Positions 47,014 through 58,564 of a DNA stretch of 64,000 nucleotides are shown piece by piece. The notes under the pieces are model-generated. The model ran no database searches. It saw nothing but the letters and a program-made list of their open reading frames with translations, and was not told the origin of the DNA. The stretch lies in contig JBOEGX010000004.1 of the NCBI GenBank assembly GCA_050633645.1, positions 282,248 through 346,247 of the forward strand, written 5' to 3'. The DNA comes from Alphaproteobacteria bacterium. GTDB taxonomy: Bacteria > Pseudomonadota > Alphaproteobacteria > Micavibrionales > Micavibrionaceae. Numbering within the stretch: the first letter of the stretch is position 1; every line of letters begins with the position of its first letter. A program made the position numbers and the translations under genes.

Positions 47014-48003
47014 CTATGCATTTGCCGCTCGTTTCAGTCGGTCATTAATCGCAACGCCCACACCAATATCAGGGATATTCATCACCGCAATTCCCGTGAA
47101 TTCTGGGCGATCAAGATCACGTAAATAAGCAAATAAATTTGCCGCCGCCTCGTATAAGTCACCCTCTTTTGACAAATGACGAATTTGATTGGCGGGCAGA
47201 TCAGCCGCAGAAACACCGGTTTTAACGCCCATAAATTTTATTCCACCAAAGGATAAGAGCGCCTCCCCCTCCTCCAGATCGATCGCATTAAGTCGCACAG
47301 GAATAGACGGCGCATAATGCTTCAAAAGCTGCCCCGGAGATTTTATCGCCCCGCCCGCATCGCCCAAATCATATGCGACATCAATTCCCAATGCCTCTGA
47401 AATTTGCTCCACCGTAATCCCGCCGGGGCGCAAGATAACGGGCACATCGCCACTACAATCTACCACCGTAGATTCAAGACCAACCGCGCTCACCCCATCG
47501 GCCAAAATCAAATCCACGCTCGCGCCCAAGCTTTGCGCGACATGCGCGGGCGCAGTGGGCGATATCGAACCCGATTTATTCGCACTCGGCGCCGCCAATG
47601 GAAAACCACACGCCTTAATCAACGCCCTTGCACATTTATGCGACGGTACGCGCACCGCCACCGTATCCAAACCCGCCGTAACAAGATCAGATAAGCCGCT
47701 CTCCGCCTTACGCGGCAAGATTACCGTCAATGCTCCTGGCCAAAATACATCCGCCAAGCTCCGCGCATATGCGTTCATATCGGCGATTTCCAATACGGCA
47801 TCAACATCATTCACATGGGTAATAAGAGGATTAAAACTCGGGCGGCCTTTGGCCTCAAATATCCGCGCCACCGCCACGCCATTACGCGCATCCGCCGCCA
47901 AACCATACACCGTCTCGGTCGGCATACCAACAAGCCCACCATTTTTCAAAATCTCGGCGGCTTGCTCAATCGATTGGGGGTTTGCAGAAATAATTTTCGT
48001 CAT
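47014..48003 (-). CDS. tsaC: L-threonylcarbamoyladenylate synthase (YrdC + Sua5 domains)
   Basis: GGLVGMPTETVYGLAADA and the SANKSG motif. Long form with a C-terminal Sua5 domain. Confidence 0.93.
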   Translation of the reverse strand: MTKIISANPQSIEQAAEILKNGGLVGMPTETVYGLAADARNGVAVARIFEAKGRPSFNPLITHVNDVDAVLEIADMNAYARSLADVFWPGALTVILPRKAESGLSDLVTAGLDTVAVRVPSHKCARALIKACGFPLAAPSANKSGSISPTAPAHVAQSLGASVDLILADGVSAVGLESTVVDCSGDVPVILRPGGITVEQISEALGIDVAYDLGDAGGAIKSPGQLLKHYAPSIPVRLNAIDLEEGEALLSFGGIKFMGVKTGVSAADLPANQIRHLSKEGDLYEAAANLFAYLRDLDRPEFTGIAVMNIPDIGVGVAINDRLKRAANA

Positions 48004-48057
48004 AAAAACCTAAAAAACATTAAACACGCAGACAGGCAAGGATATTTTAAAAAGGCA

Positions 48058-48696
48058 TTAAAAAGACGGAGATAAATCAATCTCAGGCTTAGATTGATGC
48101 TCTTGCTCTTTTATTTTATACAAATTCAAATAAAATCGCATCCATTGTAACGCATCATCCCCCGCGCGGTGCTTCGCATCGGAACCAAATCCTGATTGCT
48201 CATACGCCTCATCAACATCAACGTCATTTTCAAAATCTATGAAATCGGCAAAGCAATTAACTTCAAATTCCTGTTCAATTCCGGCGGCTTCATATAAACG
48301 CCCCAACCAGAACCGATCACTATACGCACCGTTTGGACCGCGACATAATACAACTTTATCCTTACAAAAATCATTCAAAAATGCGGCAGCAAATTCTACA
48401 TCTTTACCATCTTTTTCTAACTCATCCAAAGATATCCCATGAATATACCCTTTGGTTTCATCACCTTCCTGACCGTGCCAGTCAACCCAACCATCCGCCC
48501 TTTTAATTAAATATGAAATATCATGACATTGATGGTCAACAACCCCAATTTCAACAGGATAGCTTTGAGGACCTTGGGCAGCTATATATTCAATCGCACC
48601 ATTTAAAGAAGACGCCTCAATATCCAAGACAATCAAATCTTCAGGGTTGGGCAAACCAAAAGGGTAGCCCCCTGCATTTTCAGTATAATAAGTCAT
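48058..48696 (-). CDS. DEDDh-type 3'-5' exonuclease-like protein (tentative)
   Basis: LDIEASSL (ExoI-like D-x-E) and HRAGDDA (ExoIII-like H-x-A-x-x-D). Confidence 0.55.
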   Translation of the reverse strand: MTYYTENAGGYPFGLPNPEDLIVLDIEASSLNGAIEYIAAQGPQSYPVEIGVVDHQCHDISYLIKRADGWVDWHGQEGDETKGYIHGISLDELEKDGKDVEFAAAFLNDFCKDKVVLCRGPNGAYSDRFWLGRLYEAAGIEQEFEVNCFADFIDFENDVDVDEAYEQSGFGSDAKHRAGDDALQWMRFYLNLYKIKEQEHQSKPEIDLSPSF

Positions 48697-48734
48697 TAAA
48701 CATACTTAATAGGTTTTTTAGAAAAAAGTCAAAA

Positions 48735-49805
48735 TCAAACAGCCTTATATAAAACGCCGCCCGTCAACAGATTGGGCACACCTGTCGTTGATGGCAAGGT
48801 CAACGCCTCCCCCAACATGGAACGCACCGCCAGATACGCAAACCCTTCGGCCTCTGTCGCATCACCATTCCAATCAATCGCATCAATCGGCAACACCTCT
48901 GCATCCAACTGCTGGCGCAAGCATCCAAGCATATAAGTATTTTTACGCCCGCCCCCTGCAACATAAACGGCGTTGGGCGCTTTCGGAAAATGATCAAGCG
49001 CACGCGCAACGCCCTCAATCGTCATTTCCATCAATGTCGCCATTCCATCCTCTGTGGACGCATAGCGCACACAATCAAGATTCCAATGATTTCGATCCAA
49101 TGATTTCGGCGGAACAACTTTAAAATAATCATCCTTAACAAAACGATCAATAATATTGCTTTGCACCGTCCCTTGCGCAGCAATAATCCCGCCCTCATCA
49201 AAATCCAAATCACGCCGCGTCTTTATAAAATCATCCATCAACGCATTGGCTGGCCCACAATCAAATGCGATTAATTCACCTTCCGCGCCGATATAGGTAA
49301 TATTGGCAACGCCTCCCAAATTTAAAATCATCACGGGTTTTTGAGCATCCACCATCATCGCCCGATGATAAATCGGTAATAATGGCGCGCCCTGCCCGCC
49401 GTTTTTAATATCATTCTGGCGCATATCGCCGATAACATCTATGCCTATCTCCCGCGCAAAACGTTCACCATCACCAATTTGCCACGTAAATTGATTCTGC
49501 GGGTTATGAGTGATTGTCTGCCCGTGAAAACCAATCACATCGGCGCTCTCACCCATCGCCTTGACCGCCGCAATATGAATATCAGTGACCAGTTTTTCGG
49601 CCTCATCCACCTCCCCATCACGCGCCGTCTTACCAAAGCATTTGCGCACCTTATTGCGAATCTCCACATCATATGGGTGTTCATAATATTTAATCGGATG
49701 CACATAATCATGCCCGTCCGTTTCAATCAACGCCACGTCAATCACACCATCCAACGACGTGCCAGACATCAAACCGATCGCCCTATAGACTTTTCTCTCA
49801 CTCAT
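48735..49805 (-). CDS. anmK: Anhydro-N-acetylmuramic acid kinase
   Basis: AIGLMSGTSLDGVIDVALIE N-terminus. ~356 aa. NLGGVAN motif. Confidence 0.95.
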   Translation of the reverse strand: MSERKVYRAIGLMSGTSLDGVIDVALIETDGHDYVHPIKYYEHPYDVEIRNKVRKCFGKTARDGEVDEAEKLVTDIHIAAVKAMGESADVIGFHGQTITHNPQNQFTWQIGDGERFAREIGIDVIGDMRQNDIKNGGQGAPLLPIYHRAMMVDAQKPVMILNLGGVANITYIGAEGELIAFDCGPANALMDDFIKTRRDLDFDEGGIIAAQGTVQSNIIDRFVKDDYFKVVPPKSLDRNHWNLDCVRYASTEDGMATLMEMTIEGVARALDHFPKAPNAVYVAGGGRKNTYMLGCLRQQLDAEVLPIDAIDWNGDATEAEGFAYLAVRSMLGEALTLPSTTGVPNLLTGGVLYKAV

Positions 49806-49896
49806 GATATATAACTGTCTTTCCGATAAGCCGTTCCGTTTTCACAAACAAAGCAACAATGGCAGAGTATAATACGATAAAGAAAAGACAATACCA

Positions 49897-51150
49897 ATGG
49901 GCAGTTATAAATCAGATTTTTTAAACATCATGGAAGAGCGCGGGTTTATAAATCAGTGTTCAGATTTCGGGGCTTTAGACGCAAAACTATGCGAAGGCAC
50001 ACAAAGCGCCTATATCGGTTTCGATGCCACGGCGAAATCCCTGCATATCGGTAATTTAACAGGCATTATGATGCTGCATTGGTTTCAAAAATGCGGACAT
50101 AAACCCATCACCCTTATGGGCGGTGGCACATCAAAAATCGGCGACCCTTCATTTAAGGACGAACAACGCAAATTGCTCGACGATGTCACGATTGAAGACA
50201 ACATCAAAAACATCCAATCCACATGTTTCAAACAATTCCTAAGCTACGGCGATAATCATAGCGATGCAAAAATGGTCAATAATAATGATTGGCTAGATGA
50301 GCTGTCATATCTGGCTTTCCTGCGTGATTACGGGCGATTTTTCACCATTAACCGCATGATCGGCTTCGAAAGCGTAAAGCAACGCCTAGACCGCGAAAGC
50401 CCGCTCACACTTCTCGAATTCAACTACATGGTCATGCAGGGCTATGACTTCCTCGAACTTAACCGCCGCCATGGCACAATCTTGCAAATGGGCGGATCGG
50501 ATCAATGGGGTAACATCATTAACGGCGTTGATTTAGGGCATAAGGCCGACCGCGTGCAACTTTTCGCACTCACCGCGCCCCTGCTCACCACGCCGGATGG
50601 CCGCAAAATGGGTAAAACCGAAAACGGCGCGGTATGGCTCAACGCGGATATGCTATCCCCTTATGATTATTACCAATATTGGCGCAACGCCGATGATATG
50701 ATGGTGGGCACGCTTCTTCGCCGCTTTACCACGCTTGATATGATGGAAATCCGTAAACTGGAATCCCTGCAAGGTGCAGACATCAACGAAGCCAAGAAAA
50801 TCTTGGCCTTCGAAGCCACCACCCTGTGCCACGGCCAAACCGCCGCCGCAGAGGCCGCCGCCACCGCGCAAAAAGTCTTCGAAAGCGGAGGAGTTGGTGA
50901 TGACCTGCCAAGCATCGATATCGGCGCGGACTATCTAAAAAATGGCATAGAGGTCATTGAAATGCTCGTTGAAACGGGGCTTTGTTCATCAAAGGGCGAA
51001 GCCAAACGTCTCATCATCGGCGGCGGCGCACGCGTCAACGACACCCCCGTCGGCGACATTGACCAAAAGCTCAGCATCTCTGACCTAACCAAAGACGGCT
51101 ACATCAAACTCTCTTCGGGTAAAAAAAGACACGCGCTTATCAAGGTCTAA
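49897..51150 (+). CDS. tyrS: Tyrosine--tRNA ligase
   Basis: HIGH-type LHIGNL, KMSKS-type KMGKT, C-terminal S4-like domain. Confidence 0.97.
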   Translation: MGSYKSDFLNIMEERGFINQCSDFGALDAKLCEGTQSAYIGFDATAKSLHIGNLTGIMMLHWFQKCGHKPITLMGGGTSKIGDPSFKDEQRKLLDDVTIEDNIKNIQSTCFKQFLSYGDNHSDAKMVNNNDWLDELSYLAFLRDYGRFFTINRMIGFESVKQRLDRESPLTLLEFNYMVMQGYDFLELNRRHGTILQMGGSDQWGNIINGVDLGHKADRVQLFALTAPLLTTPDGRKMGKTENGAVWLNADMLSPYDYYQYWRNADDMMVGTLLRRFTTLDMMEIRKLESLQGADINEAKKILAFEATTLCHGQTAAAEAAATAQKVFESGGVGDDLPSIDIGADYLKNGIEVIEMLVETGLCSSKGEAKRLIIGGGARVNDTPVGDIDQKLSISDLTKDGYIKLSSGKKRHALIKV

Positions 51151-51157
51151 AAAATAC

Positions 51158-52066
51158 ATGAACAATATAAGTCTTTATTTTTTGACCGTCATAATCTGGG
51201 GGTCAACATGGTTCGCCATAACCTTCCAAACAGGTATGGTTCCGCCTATCCTATCCGTTGGATATCGTTTTATTCTGGCGGCGATATGCCTCGCTTTATT
51301 CCTAATACTCACAAAGAAAAAAGACGCTTTTAAATTCACTCGCAGGCAACATGGCCTTCTATTGGCTCTCGGGCTTTTATTCTTCTGCCTCAATTATATA
51401 CTGATCTATTACGGTTCAATAAACCTGACATCAGGGCTTGTCGCCATTTTATTCTCAACCATCACATTAATGAATATTTTTAATCAACGGCTATTCTTTA
51501 AAACCCCTGTGAATAAACAAGTCTTGATGGGCTCCCTCATCGGATTGATAGGAATCATAACCGTTTTCTGGCCAGAGGTCACAACACTGCAAAATACCAA
51601 CGGGATTTCAGATAACATTATACTTTGCGTAGCAGCAACCTACATCGCATCTCTAGGCAACATGATGTCGATCAAATTATCACGCGAAAACATCTCTATA
51701 ATGGGAGGAAATACTCTTGGTATGGCCTATGGCGGAGTCTCTGCCATTCTGATTGGCCTAGCATTAGGTTTTCCACTGTCAGTTGAACCCACCATGGCAT
51801 ACGCACTATCTCTGCTCTATCTCGCTGTGTTCGGTTCCGCCATAGCATTCGGAGCATATCTAAAACTCTTAAGAAATATCGGAGCCGACAAAGCAGCATA
51901 CGCCGCGGTATTATTCCCAATAGTCGCCCTGCTAATTTCTACCATATTTGAAGGATACATTTGGACATTCACGGCGTTGTTAGGGCTAGTAATAACTGTC
52001 ACAGGCAACGTCATCGCAATGATAAACCGTCAAAAAATTAAACCGCTCCCCAAAACAACAATTTAG
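51158..52066 (+). CDS. DMT-superfamily (EamA) transporter
   Basis: ~10 TM helices. IWGSTWFAI N-terminal EamA pattern. Confidence 0.85.
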   Translation: MNNISLYFLTVIIWGSTWFAITFQTGMVPPILSVGYRFILAAICLALFLILTKKKDAFKFTRRQHGLLLALGLLFFCLNYILIYYGSINLTSGLVAILFSTITLMNIFNQRLFFKTPVNKQVLMGSLIGLIGIITVFWPEVTTLQNTNGISDNIILCVAATYIASLGNMMSIKLSRENISIMGGNTLGMAYGGVSAILIGLALGFPLSVEPTMAYALSLLYLAVFGSAIAFGAYLKLLRNIGADKAAYAAVLFPIVALLISTIFEGYIWTFTALLGLVITVTGNVIAMINRQKIKPLPKTTI

Positions 52067-52127
52067 CGACAACGCATATACATCAGCATTATTATGCGTT
52101 AAAAAGAACATCCAATCATGAAAAAGA

Positions 52128-53060
52128 ATGACAATGACAACAGCAATCTCCATTCAAAGCCTATCCAAAACCTATGACAATGGGTTTATCGCATTGGATG
52201 ATATCAATTTGAATATCGCCAAAGGTGAGATTTTCGCCCTGCTCGGCCCTAATGGCGCGGGAAAAACAACCCTCATCAGCTCCGTTTGCGGCATTGTACA
52301 AAACACCGGCGGCACTGTCACCGTTATGGGACACGACCACGCAAAAGACTACCGCAAGGCACGCGCCCTTATCGGCCTCGTCCCGCAAGAGCTCACCACC
52401 GACGCCTTCGAAACAGTATTCAACGCGGTCTCATTCAGTCGTGGCCTGTTCGGAAAATCAAAAAACGCGGCCTATATCGAAGAAACCCTCAAAGACTTAT
52501 CCCTATGGGACAAAAAAGACTCGCAAATCCGCAAACTTTCAGGCGGAATGAAACGCCGCGTGATGATTGGTAAGGCTCTATCCCATGAACCAGACATCCT
52601 ATTTCTTGATGAGCCTAGCGCAGGCGTAGATGTAGAGCTCCGCAAATCCATGTGGAAACAAATCCGTAAATTACGTGATAACGGAACCACCATTATTCTA
52701 ACCACACATTATATCGAAGAAGCCGAAGAAATGGCCGACCGCATCGGCATCATCAACAAGGGCAAGCTCATCCTGATTGAAGAAAAGAAAACCCTGATGA
52801 AAAAACTTGGCAAAAAAGAACTGGTTTTGGAACTGCGCCAATCAATTGACGCCCTCCCCACCACTTTGAAAAAATACAATCTCGTCCTTTCTGATAATGG
52901 CGACACCATCACCTATATTTACGACCCCGCGCAAGACCATAATGGTATCGCGGAATTGCTCGACACCCTCAAAGACCACGGCATCAGATGCAGAGATTTA
53001 CACACAAAACAAAGCTCTCTCGAAGACATCTTCGTGAATCTAGTAGGAGCGGCAGCATGA
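52128..53060 (+). CDS. ABC transporter ATP-binding protein (ABC-2 exporter type)
   Basis: Walker [10 protein letters not shown], signature LSGGMKRR, Walker B ILFLDEPS. Confidence 0.93.
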   Translation: MTMTTAISIQSLSKTYDNGFIALDDINLNIAKGEIFALLGPNGAGKTTLISSVCGIVQNTGGTVTVMGHDHAKDYRKARALIGLVPQELTTDAFETVFNAVSFSRGLFGKSKNAAYIEETLKDLSLWDKKDSQIRKLSGGMKRRVMIGKALSHEPDILFLDEPSAGVDVELRKSMWKQIRKLRDNGTTIILTTHYIEEAEEMADRIGIINKGKLILIEEKKTLMKKLGKKELVLELRQSIDALPTTLKKYNLVLSDNGDTITYIYDPAQDHNGIAELLDTLKDHGIRCRDLHTKQSSLEDIFVNLVGAAA

Positions 53061-53818
53061 ATCTACACGGTATACGCGCAATCTATAAATTTGAAATGTC
53101 GCGCACCAAACGCACAATCGGGCAGAGCATCGCCTCCCCCGTCATTTCCACCATCCTGTATTTCATCGTGTTCGGCTCGGCCATCGGCTCACGGATGAGC
53201 GCAATTGATGGCGTAGAATATGGCGCGTTTATCGTACCAGGCCTGATCATGCTCACGGTTTTAAGCCAAAGCATTTCCAATGCTTCCTTCGGCATATACT
53301 TTCCCCGCTTCACGGGCACGATATATGAAATCCTCTCCGCCCCGCTATCCTTCTGGGAGGTCGCCATTGGCTATGTCGGCGCGGCCGCAACCAAGGCTCT
53401 CATGATTGCCGCCATCGTTCTGATCACCGCTGGCTTCTTCGTGCCCTTAGAAATACAACACCCGATTTGGATGCTGTTCTTTTTGGTCATGACCTGCGTC
53501 ACCTTCTCGCTCCTCGGCTTTATCATTGGCATTTGGGCGGATGGGTTTGAAAAACTGCAAATCATCCCCCTGCTCGTAATTACCCCGCTTACATTTCTGG
53601 GCGGAAGTTTTTACTCCATCAATATGTTACCGCCATTTTGGCAGGGCGTATCCATGCTCAACCCCGTGGTCTATCTGATCAGCGGTTTCCGGTGGAGCTT
53701 CTACGAAAGCTCGGACGTATCCTTAAGGATTAGCGTAACAATGATTTTCGTCTTCCTAAGCGTTTGCATCGCCATCATCGCATGGATGTTCAAAACGGGA
53801 TACAGGTTGAAGAATTAA
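53057..53818 (+). CDS. ABC-2 type transporter permease
   Basis: ATGA overlap with the ATPase gene. Start [19 protein letters not shown]. 6 TM pattern. Confidence 0.9.
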   Translation: MNLHGIRAIYKFEMSRTKRTIGQSIASPVISTILYFIVFGSAIGSRMSAIDGVEYGAFIVPGLIMLTVLSQSISNASFGIYFPRFTGTIYEILSAPLSFWEVAIGYVGAAATKALMIAAIVLITAGFFVPLEIQHPIWMLFFLVMTCVTFSLLGFIIGIWADGFEKLQIIPLLVITPLTFLGGSFYSINMLPPFWQGVSMLNPVVYLISGFRWSFYESSDVSLRISVTMIFVFLSVCIAIIAWMFKTGYRLKN

Positions 53819-53820
53819 CC

Positions 53821-56800
53821 CTACTCAAACAACACCCGCCGCACAATGCCAGGCGTTAAAACAGAGAGCGGGTTCACAAATATTTCGGGGGCATCGGCCT
53901 CCCCCTTCACACTATAGGTCGCGGCAAAAACTCCGCCCGACCCACCTGTTAAAATATCCCCGATCAACGGTATAGAGCCAATAATCTCATTCACCAAAGA
54001 CATCGGAACAACCGTCCCCGAAACATCAATATAACGCCGCGCATTATCAAATTCACCCGCAAATAAAATACCCAAAGAATTCCCCGATGTACGCCCATCT
54101 TTAATCTTAAGCAAACTCCCACCCGCGCGATAAATCCACGTATAATTCGCTTCTAACTTCTCAAACGCAAGCCCATCACTAGTGAGCGCTTCCCCAATTC
54201 CCGTAAGCGATAATATGCTCAGGATTTTTGTCAAAGACGGCGCTTTTACAACTTTGAAGTCCTTAATCTCCGCCTTACCACGAATATTATAATCACCATC
54301 CCCATCCGCAGGCGCGCCATTAATTTCCATCACACCACCACGAATATTATTATAAACCTGAAACGCCTTGAGCACCGCCCCCGCATCTCCCGCCTTAAGG
54401 CTAAAGTTACGCCGCCCCTGCGCGTCAGGTTTAAATCGCGCAGAAATCAAGCCCTTGCCAACCGCACCATCCATTTCCATCACATTGAACCGCCCCTGCC
54501 CATCAACATCAAAATACAGCCGAACATCGCGCACGCTTTCCTCTGGCGCGGTAAGCATATTCGTCGCACTTACCGTAATTTTCATCGGCGGTTCATTATA
54601 TACGCCCTTATTTTCATCTTCCGCCATAAAGGGTTGCGCGTCTAAAACACTGGCCTTTATATTGATACTAGCCGTCCCGTTTTTATCAAAGGAAAAACCG
54701 ATACCCCCCTTCGTATCCCCCACAACAAATGCCTTAGCCGAACCGCTTAAAAGCTCAGTCTTGCCTTTTATCTGCTGGAATTTAATATTCGCTTTGGATA
54801 AAGAAAAACGCTCCGCATCCCCATCAAGGTCCATAATTTTTTGCAAAACACCCTTTTTAAAATGCGCCGTAAAATTCGCACTGCCCTTTGCTCCCGATTT
54901 TTTTTCATACCCAAATGGCTCAACAAAAAACACCGACGGCGTAAGATCTGCCTTCACTTGCGCCTTTGCGGTTTTATCGCGGTACGATGTATAAACAAGA
55001 TCAATCCCTGCCGACCCTTCTAAAAACTCGCTCAAATCAATGCCAAGCTGCGACCTTATATTTGGATCAGCCGTGATTTTTGCCTTAATTTTTTCTTTGA
55101 ACGCCTTGCCCTCACTATTCAAAAAAGTCTGCCACTCAAAATCCATTGCACGCTTATCAAGGCTCGCAGCACCCTTCATCACAACAACGCCGTCTTTAAT
55201 CGAAAACGCCAAAGCCTCACCGCCCAAATCCAGCGTCTCCACAACATCAGGCAAAACAACCTTCTTTAATGTGCCTTCAACACCAATCTTAAAATCTTTA
55301 ATCTTCACATCTTTTTGTGTCGGGAAATTAAGCCACAACGCCAAATCCGCGCTCCCCTTAACCTGCTTTAAATCCATATCAATGCGATCACCCAAATTAA
55401 TCGGATCTTTCGAGATGAATTTAAGAATGTCGACAACATCACCGCCCAAATCAATATTCATATCCACGCCGCCCTCACCCACGGCGACAACCTTATCAAA
55501 AACCAGTTTCGCCTTGGATACGGGCATTTTGCCAATCTTACCTTTGGTAATATCAATCGATAGCTCATCCGTTTTCAGATCAAACGTCCCCACGCCCGAA
55601 ACCCCCGTCGCAGGGTCAAGGGGGCTACGATAGTCAACATCCATACCCTCCGCAGCGAACCCCGCCAGAACATTCTGCACATCAAAATCCCACCCACCAT
55701 CATCAGGTATTTTCTGCGCCACAAGGTCAAGGCTCGCCGTAATATCTTTAAAAACGCCCTTGGACATTTTTTGAACGATCCATTCCTCACTCCCATCTCC
55801 GCGCAACGCTTTCGGCCATAACGGATCAATAAGCGATTGCCGCGCCTCATCAATCCAAAGCTTAACAGGACCACGGACAAGCATATCAGGCTTACCAAAA
55901 TCTTCATGCGTGATATCACCCTGAACATTCACACGAATACCACCAAGCGTCACCGCCGTATCATAAAGGCGCAATGCTTTGGCAACATAGCTATAACTCG
56001 CATGAATCGAGAACGCCTCATAAGGCACGGGATTATCCCAAACATCCGAATGTACCAAACTCCCCTCTGCGGATGTCACCGACAAACGAATATCAGACGG
56101 CATAAATGTCTCATCCAAAATAGTCTCAACATGCGCGTCTATAATAATATCATTCTGCCCAAGCGCAGCCAGCTCAGGAATATTACCCGCAAAACCTTGT
56201 AAAGCCACATTCTGCAAATCCGCACTAAGCATGACATTCTTATCATCCCAGATATAATTCACATCCGCATTCAAATAAGATTCATCTAACCCAACATCAG
56301 GCAGGCGCGCACGCACCTCCCCCTTCATGCCCTCATTGGTACTATAGAATCCTACATTAAATTCGGGCAAAGACCATGACCTCTTCGTCACATGATCATC
56401 AATTCGCAATTTCGCATTTGCTATTTCAAACGCCCTAAGCCGCGAAATAATTGACTCATGCGCGGATTCATACCCTGGGCGCGCAAGATACCCAAACAAA
56501 CGCGTTGTAAATTCAATTTTGTCATCTTCCTTAACGGGACCATATGGACGCTCGCCCAGATCCAATGAAAACCCCTGCGCACTGCGTGTAATTTGTAATG
56601 TCGGCTGCTTTAAAACAATCGCTTTTGGCATGACCTTGCCAATCAACAACCCATAACGTGAAAAACTAATCGCGACCTCATCAACTGATAAAATCACCGC
56701 ATGATTTTTATTCAGGAGTTGCCCGCCCCTTAATTGTAAATACAGCGCATCGGTTAAATCAGGCCAATACAGGACGGCACGCTCCATCCGCGCATAATTC

Positions 56801-57096
56801 CCTGATTCATTATCACGCATCGCATCTTGGATATAATCCTTGGCAAAACTAATATCGAGCGGAGAGCTATGCACACGCCAAACAAAACCTGCCACGGCCA
56901 TAACCCCGACAAGCGCCACAAGAAGCGAGATCTTGACGCTAAACGCACTAAAATGCCACGCAAAATGGAAAAGTCTGTTTTTCAAAATAAAGGCAACCCA
57001 TGCAAAGGAATTAAGACGAAACAATTCTATAACACGGCAACAGATTTGACCACACACGGAATATGCATTACGGATAAAACCCACGATATAATTCAT
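53821..57096 (-). CDS. AsmA-family / YhdP-like giant envelope protein (DUF3971-type)
   Basis: >1000 aa. N-terminal TM ([18 protein letters not shown]). C-terminus [37 protein letters not shown] resembles YhdP/AsmA C-termini. Start uncertain: the track start 57180 would overlap bcp; ATG 57096 or TTG 56985 are alternatives. Confidence 0.75.
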   Translation of the reverse strand: MNYIVGFIRNAYSVCGQICCRVIELFRLNSFAWVAFILKNRLFHFAWHFSAFSVKISLLVALVGVMAVAGFVWRVHSSPLDISFAKDYIQDAMRDNESGNYARMERAVLYWPDLTDALYLQLRGGQLLNKNHAVILSVDEVAISFSRYGLLIGKVMPKAIVLKQPTLQITRSAQGFSLDLGERPYGPVKEDDKIEFTTRLFGYLARPGYESAHESIISRLRAFEIANAKLRIDDHVTKRSWSLPEFNVGFYSTNEGMKGEVRARLPDVGLDESYLNADVNYIWDDKNVMLSADLQNVALQGFAGNIPELAALGQNDIIIDAHVETILDETFMPSDIRLSVTSAEGSLVHSDVWDNPVPYEAFSIHASYSYVAKALRLYDTAVTLGGIRVNVQGDITHEDFGKPDMLVRGPVKLWIDEARQSLIDPLWPKALRGDGSEEWIVQKMSKGVFKDITASLDLVAQKIPDDGGWDFDVQNVLAGFAAEGMDVDYRSPLDPATGVSGVGTFDLKTDELSIDITKGKIGKMPVSKAKLVFDKVVAVGEGGVDMNIDLGGDVVDILKFISKDPINLGDRIDMDLKQVKGSADLALWLNFPTQKDVKIKDFKIGVEGTLKKVVLPDVVETLDLGGEALAFSIKDGVVVMKGAASLDKRAMDFEWQTFLNSEGKAFKEKIKAKITADPNIRSQLGIDLSEFLEGSAGIDLVYTSYRDKTAKAQVKADLTPSVFFVEPFGYEKKSGAKGSANFTAHFKKGVLQKIMDLDGDAERFSLSKANIKFQQIKGKTELLSGSAKAFVVGDTKGGIGFSFDKNGTASINIKASVLDAQPFMAEDENKGVYNEPPMKITVSATNMLTAPEESVRDVRLYFDVDGQGRFNVMEMDGAVGKGLISARFKPDAQGRRNFSLKAGDAGAVLKAFQVYNNIRGGVMEINGAPADGDGDYNIRGKAEIKDFKVVKAPSLTKILSILSLTGIGEALTSDGLAFEKLEANYTWIYRAGGSLLKIKDGRTSGNSLGILFAGEFDNARRYIDVSGTVVPMSLVNEIIGSIPLIGDILTGGSGGVFAATYSVKGEADAPEIFVNPLSVLTPGIVRRVLFE

Positions 57097-57109
57097 CAGG
57101 AGACAAAAA

Positions 57110-57577
57110 ATGACCGCATTAAAAATCGGCGACGCCGCGCCAGACTTTACCCTCCCCACAGATGGAGGCGGCGAACTCACGCTTTCTGAGCTGCGCGGGA
57201 AAAACGTGGTGCTGTATTTTTACCCCAAAGACAACACCCCCGGATGCACGACAGAATCTTGTGACTTCCGCGACGCGATGCCGGATTTTGAAAAGCTGGA
57301 CGCCGAAATAATCGGAGTATCAAAATGCAGCGTTAAAAAACACGATAATTTCAAAGCAAAATATAATTTCAACTTCCCCCTCGCTTCTGACGAAAACGGA
57401 AATATGTGTGAGGACTATGGCGTATGGCAGGAAAAAACCATGATGGGTAAAAAATACATGGGCATCGTCCGCTCCACCTTCCTCATCAACAAAGACGGTA
57501 AAATCACAAACATCTGGTCACCCGTTAAGGTCAAAGGCCATGTTGATGATGTGAAAACAATATTATCCAACCAATAA
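57110..57577 (+). CDS. bcp: Thioredoxin-dependent peroxiredoxin Bcp
   Basis: [28 protein letters not shown] motif. Confidence 0.93.
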   Translation: MTALKIGDAAPDFTLPTDGGGELTLSELRGKNVVLYFYPKDNTPGCTTESCDFRDAMPDFEKLDAEIIGVSKCSVKKHDNFKAKYNFNFPLASDENGNMCEDYGVWQEKTMMGKKYMGIVRSTFLINKDGKITNIWSPVKVKGHVDDVKTILSNQ

Positions 57578-57583
57578 AAAAAA

Positions 57584-57606
57584 GCGGGGCGATAAACCCC
57601 ACTTTT
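57584..57606 (+). terminator. Modest intrinsic terminator after bcp
   Basis: GGGG (57586-57589) pairs with CCCC (57597-57600) plus flanking pairs, followed by TTTT (57603-57606). Confidence 0.4.
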
Positions 57607-57617
57607 CAATTCACTTT

Positions 57618-57722
57618 AAAAGTGATTTGGCTTTGTCTTCTGGCTAGGCGCAAGCAACGCAGTATAGAAACCTATATAAGTTGCGCAGCAACAACACCAG
57701 AAGGCAAATGCGAATTACTTTT
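57618..57722 (+). repeat. Intergenic structured palindromic element, copy D
   Basis: 57618-57643 pairs with 57697-57722 without bulges. Inner stem CTTCTGG (57637-57643) pairs with CCAGAAG (57697-57703). Apical TATAG (57663-57667) pairs with CTATA (57672-57676). Ends 3 nt before the convergent hydrolase stop. Confidence 0.85.
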
Positions 57723-57724
57723 CC

Positions 57725-58393
57725 TTACGCCGCCGCCTTAACGGGAACGGTCAATCCACTATTCGCCTTGTTCATATGATCATGAACATGATCAATCATT
57801 AGATCTATATTGTTATGGAAGAAATGATTGGCGCTTGGAAGAACACGAAAATCAAGATCAATCCCCTTTTGCAAATGCAAACGCTCAACCAGATCCGCGA
57901 CATCCTGCTCTGGCACAACGTCATCACGTCCACCATGCAAAATCAGACCAGAAGTCGGGCACGGCGCCAAAAACGCGAAATCATCAGTATGCGCAGGTGG
58001 AGCAACAGAAACAAATCCTGCAATCTCTGGACGGCGCATCAAAAGCTGCATCCCGATCCACGCGCCAAATGAAAACCCGGCAATCCATACATATGGCGCA
58101 TTCGGGTTAATTTCTTGCATCCAATCAAGCGCAGAAGCCGCATCGCTCAACTCCCCCTCACCATCGTCAAAGACACCTTGCGAACGGCCTACACCGCGAA
58201 AGTTAAAACGAAGCACGGAAAATCCACGCGCAACATACGCTTGAAATAAGGCATGCGTAATCTTATTATTCATTGTTCCGCCATGTTGCGGGTTCGGGTG
58301 AAGAACCAACGCCAACGGGGCATCTTTTACTTTTGAGTGATGGTAACGACCTTCAAGGCGGCCGCATGGACCATTTAGGATAACTTCGGGCAT
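57725..58393 (-). CDS. Alpha/beta hydrolase
   Basis: Start MPEVILNGPCGRLEGRY (AGAGG SD). Nucleophile elbow AGFSFGAW. The upstream 75 codons of the track ORF were rejected. Confidence 0.8.
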   Translation of the reverse strand: MPEVILNGPCGRLEGRYHHSKVKDAPLALVLHPNPQHGGTMNNKITHALFQAYVARGFSVLRFNFRGVGRSQGVFDDGEGELSDAASALDWMQEINPNAPYVWIAGFSFGAWIGMQLLMRRPEIAGFVSVAPPAHTDDFAFLAPCPTSGLILHGGRDDVVPEQDVADLVERLHLQKGIDLDFRVLPSANHFFHNNIDLMIDHVHDHMNKANSGLTVPVKAAA

Positions 58394-58564
58394 TCGATAA
58401 CCTCTATTATTATTTCGTTTCGGTACAATTTCGTATATAAATACGGCACATAACATAAAACTGCTTCTGTGCATGACCCAGATGTATATTAGAGTATTAC
58501 AAAGAAGTCTACAAATTTCTAATAAGCCATTGAAATATAATGTGGATAATACGATTGTGAGATA

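Noticed and set aside
52071-52100. 8-bp hairpin AACGCATA/TATGCGTT after the DMT transporter gene
   Set aside because: It has a 14-nt loop and no downstream T-tract on the + strand. It cannot be called a terminator or anything else with confidence.
54368-54994. 208-aa + strand ORF (and similar long ORFs at 55040..55633, 10686..11165, 42603..43238, 61887..62486, 28371..28928, 3266..3694)
   Set aside because: All lie antisense to, and entirely inside, genes with strong family signatures. Their products are low-complexity (Ser/Pro/Arg/His/Ile-rich) with no motifs. These are typical shadow ORFs.
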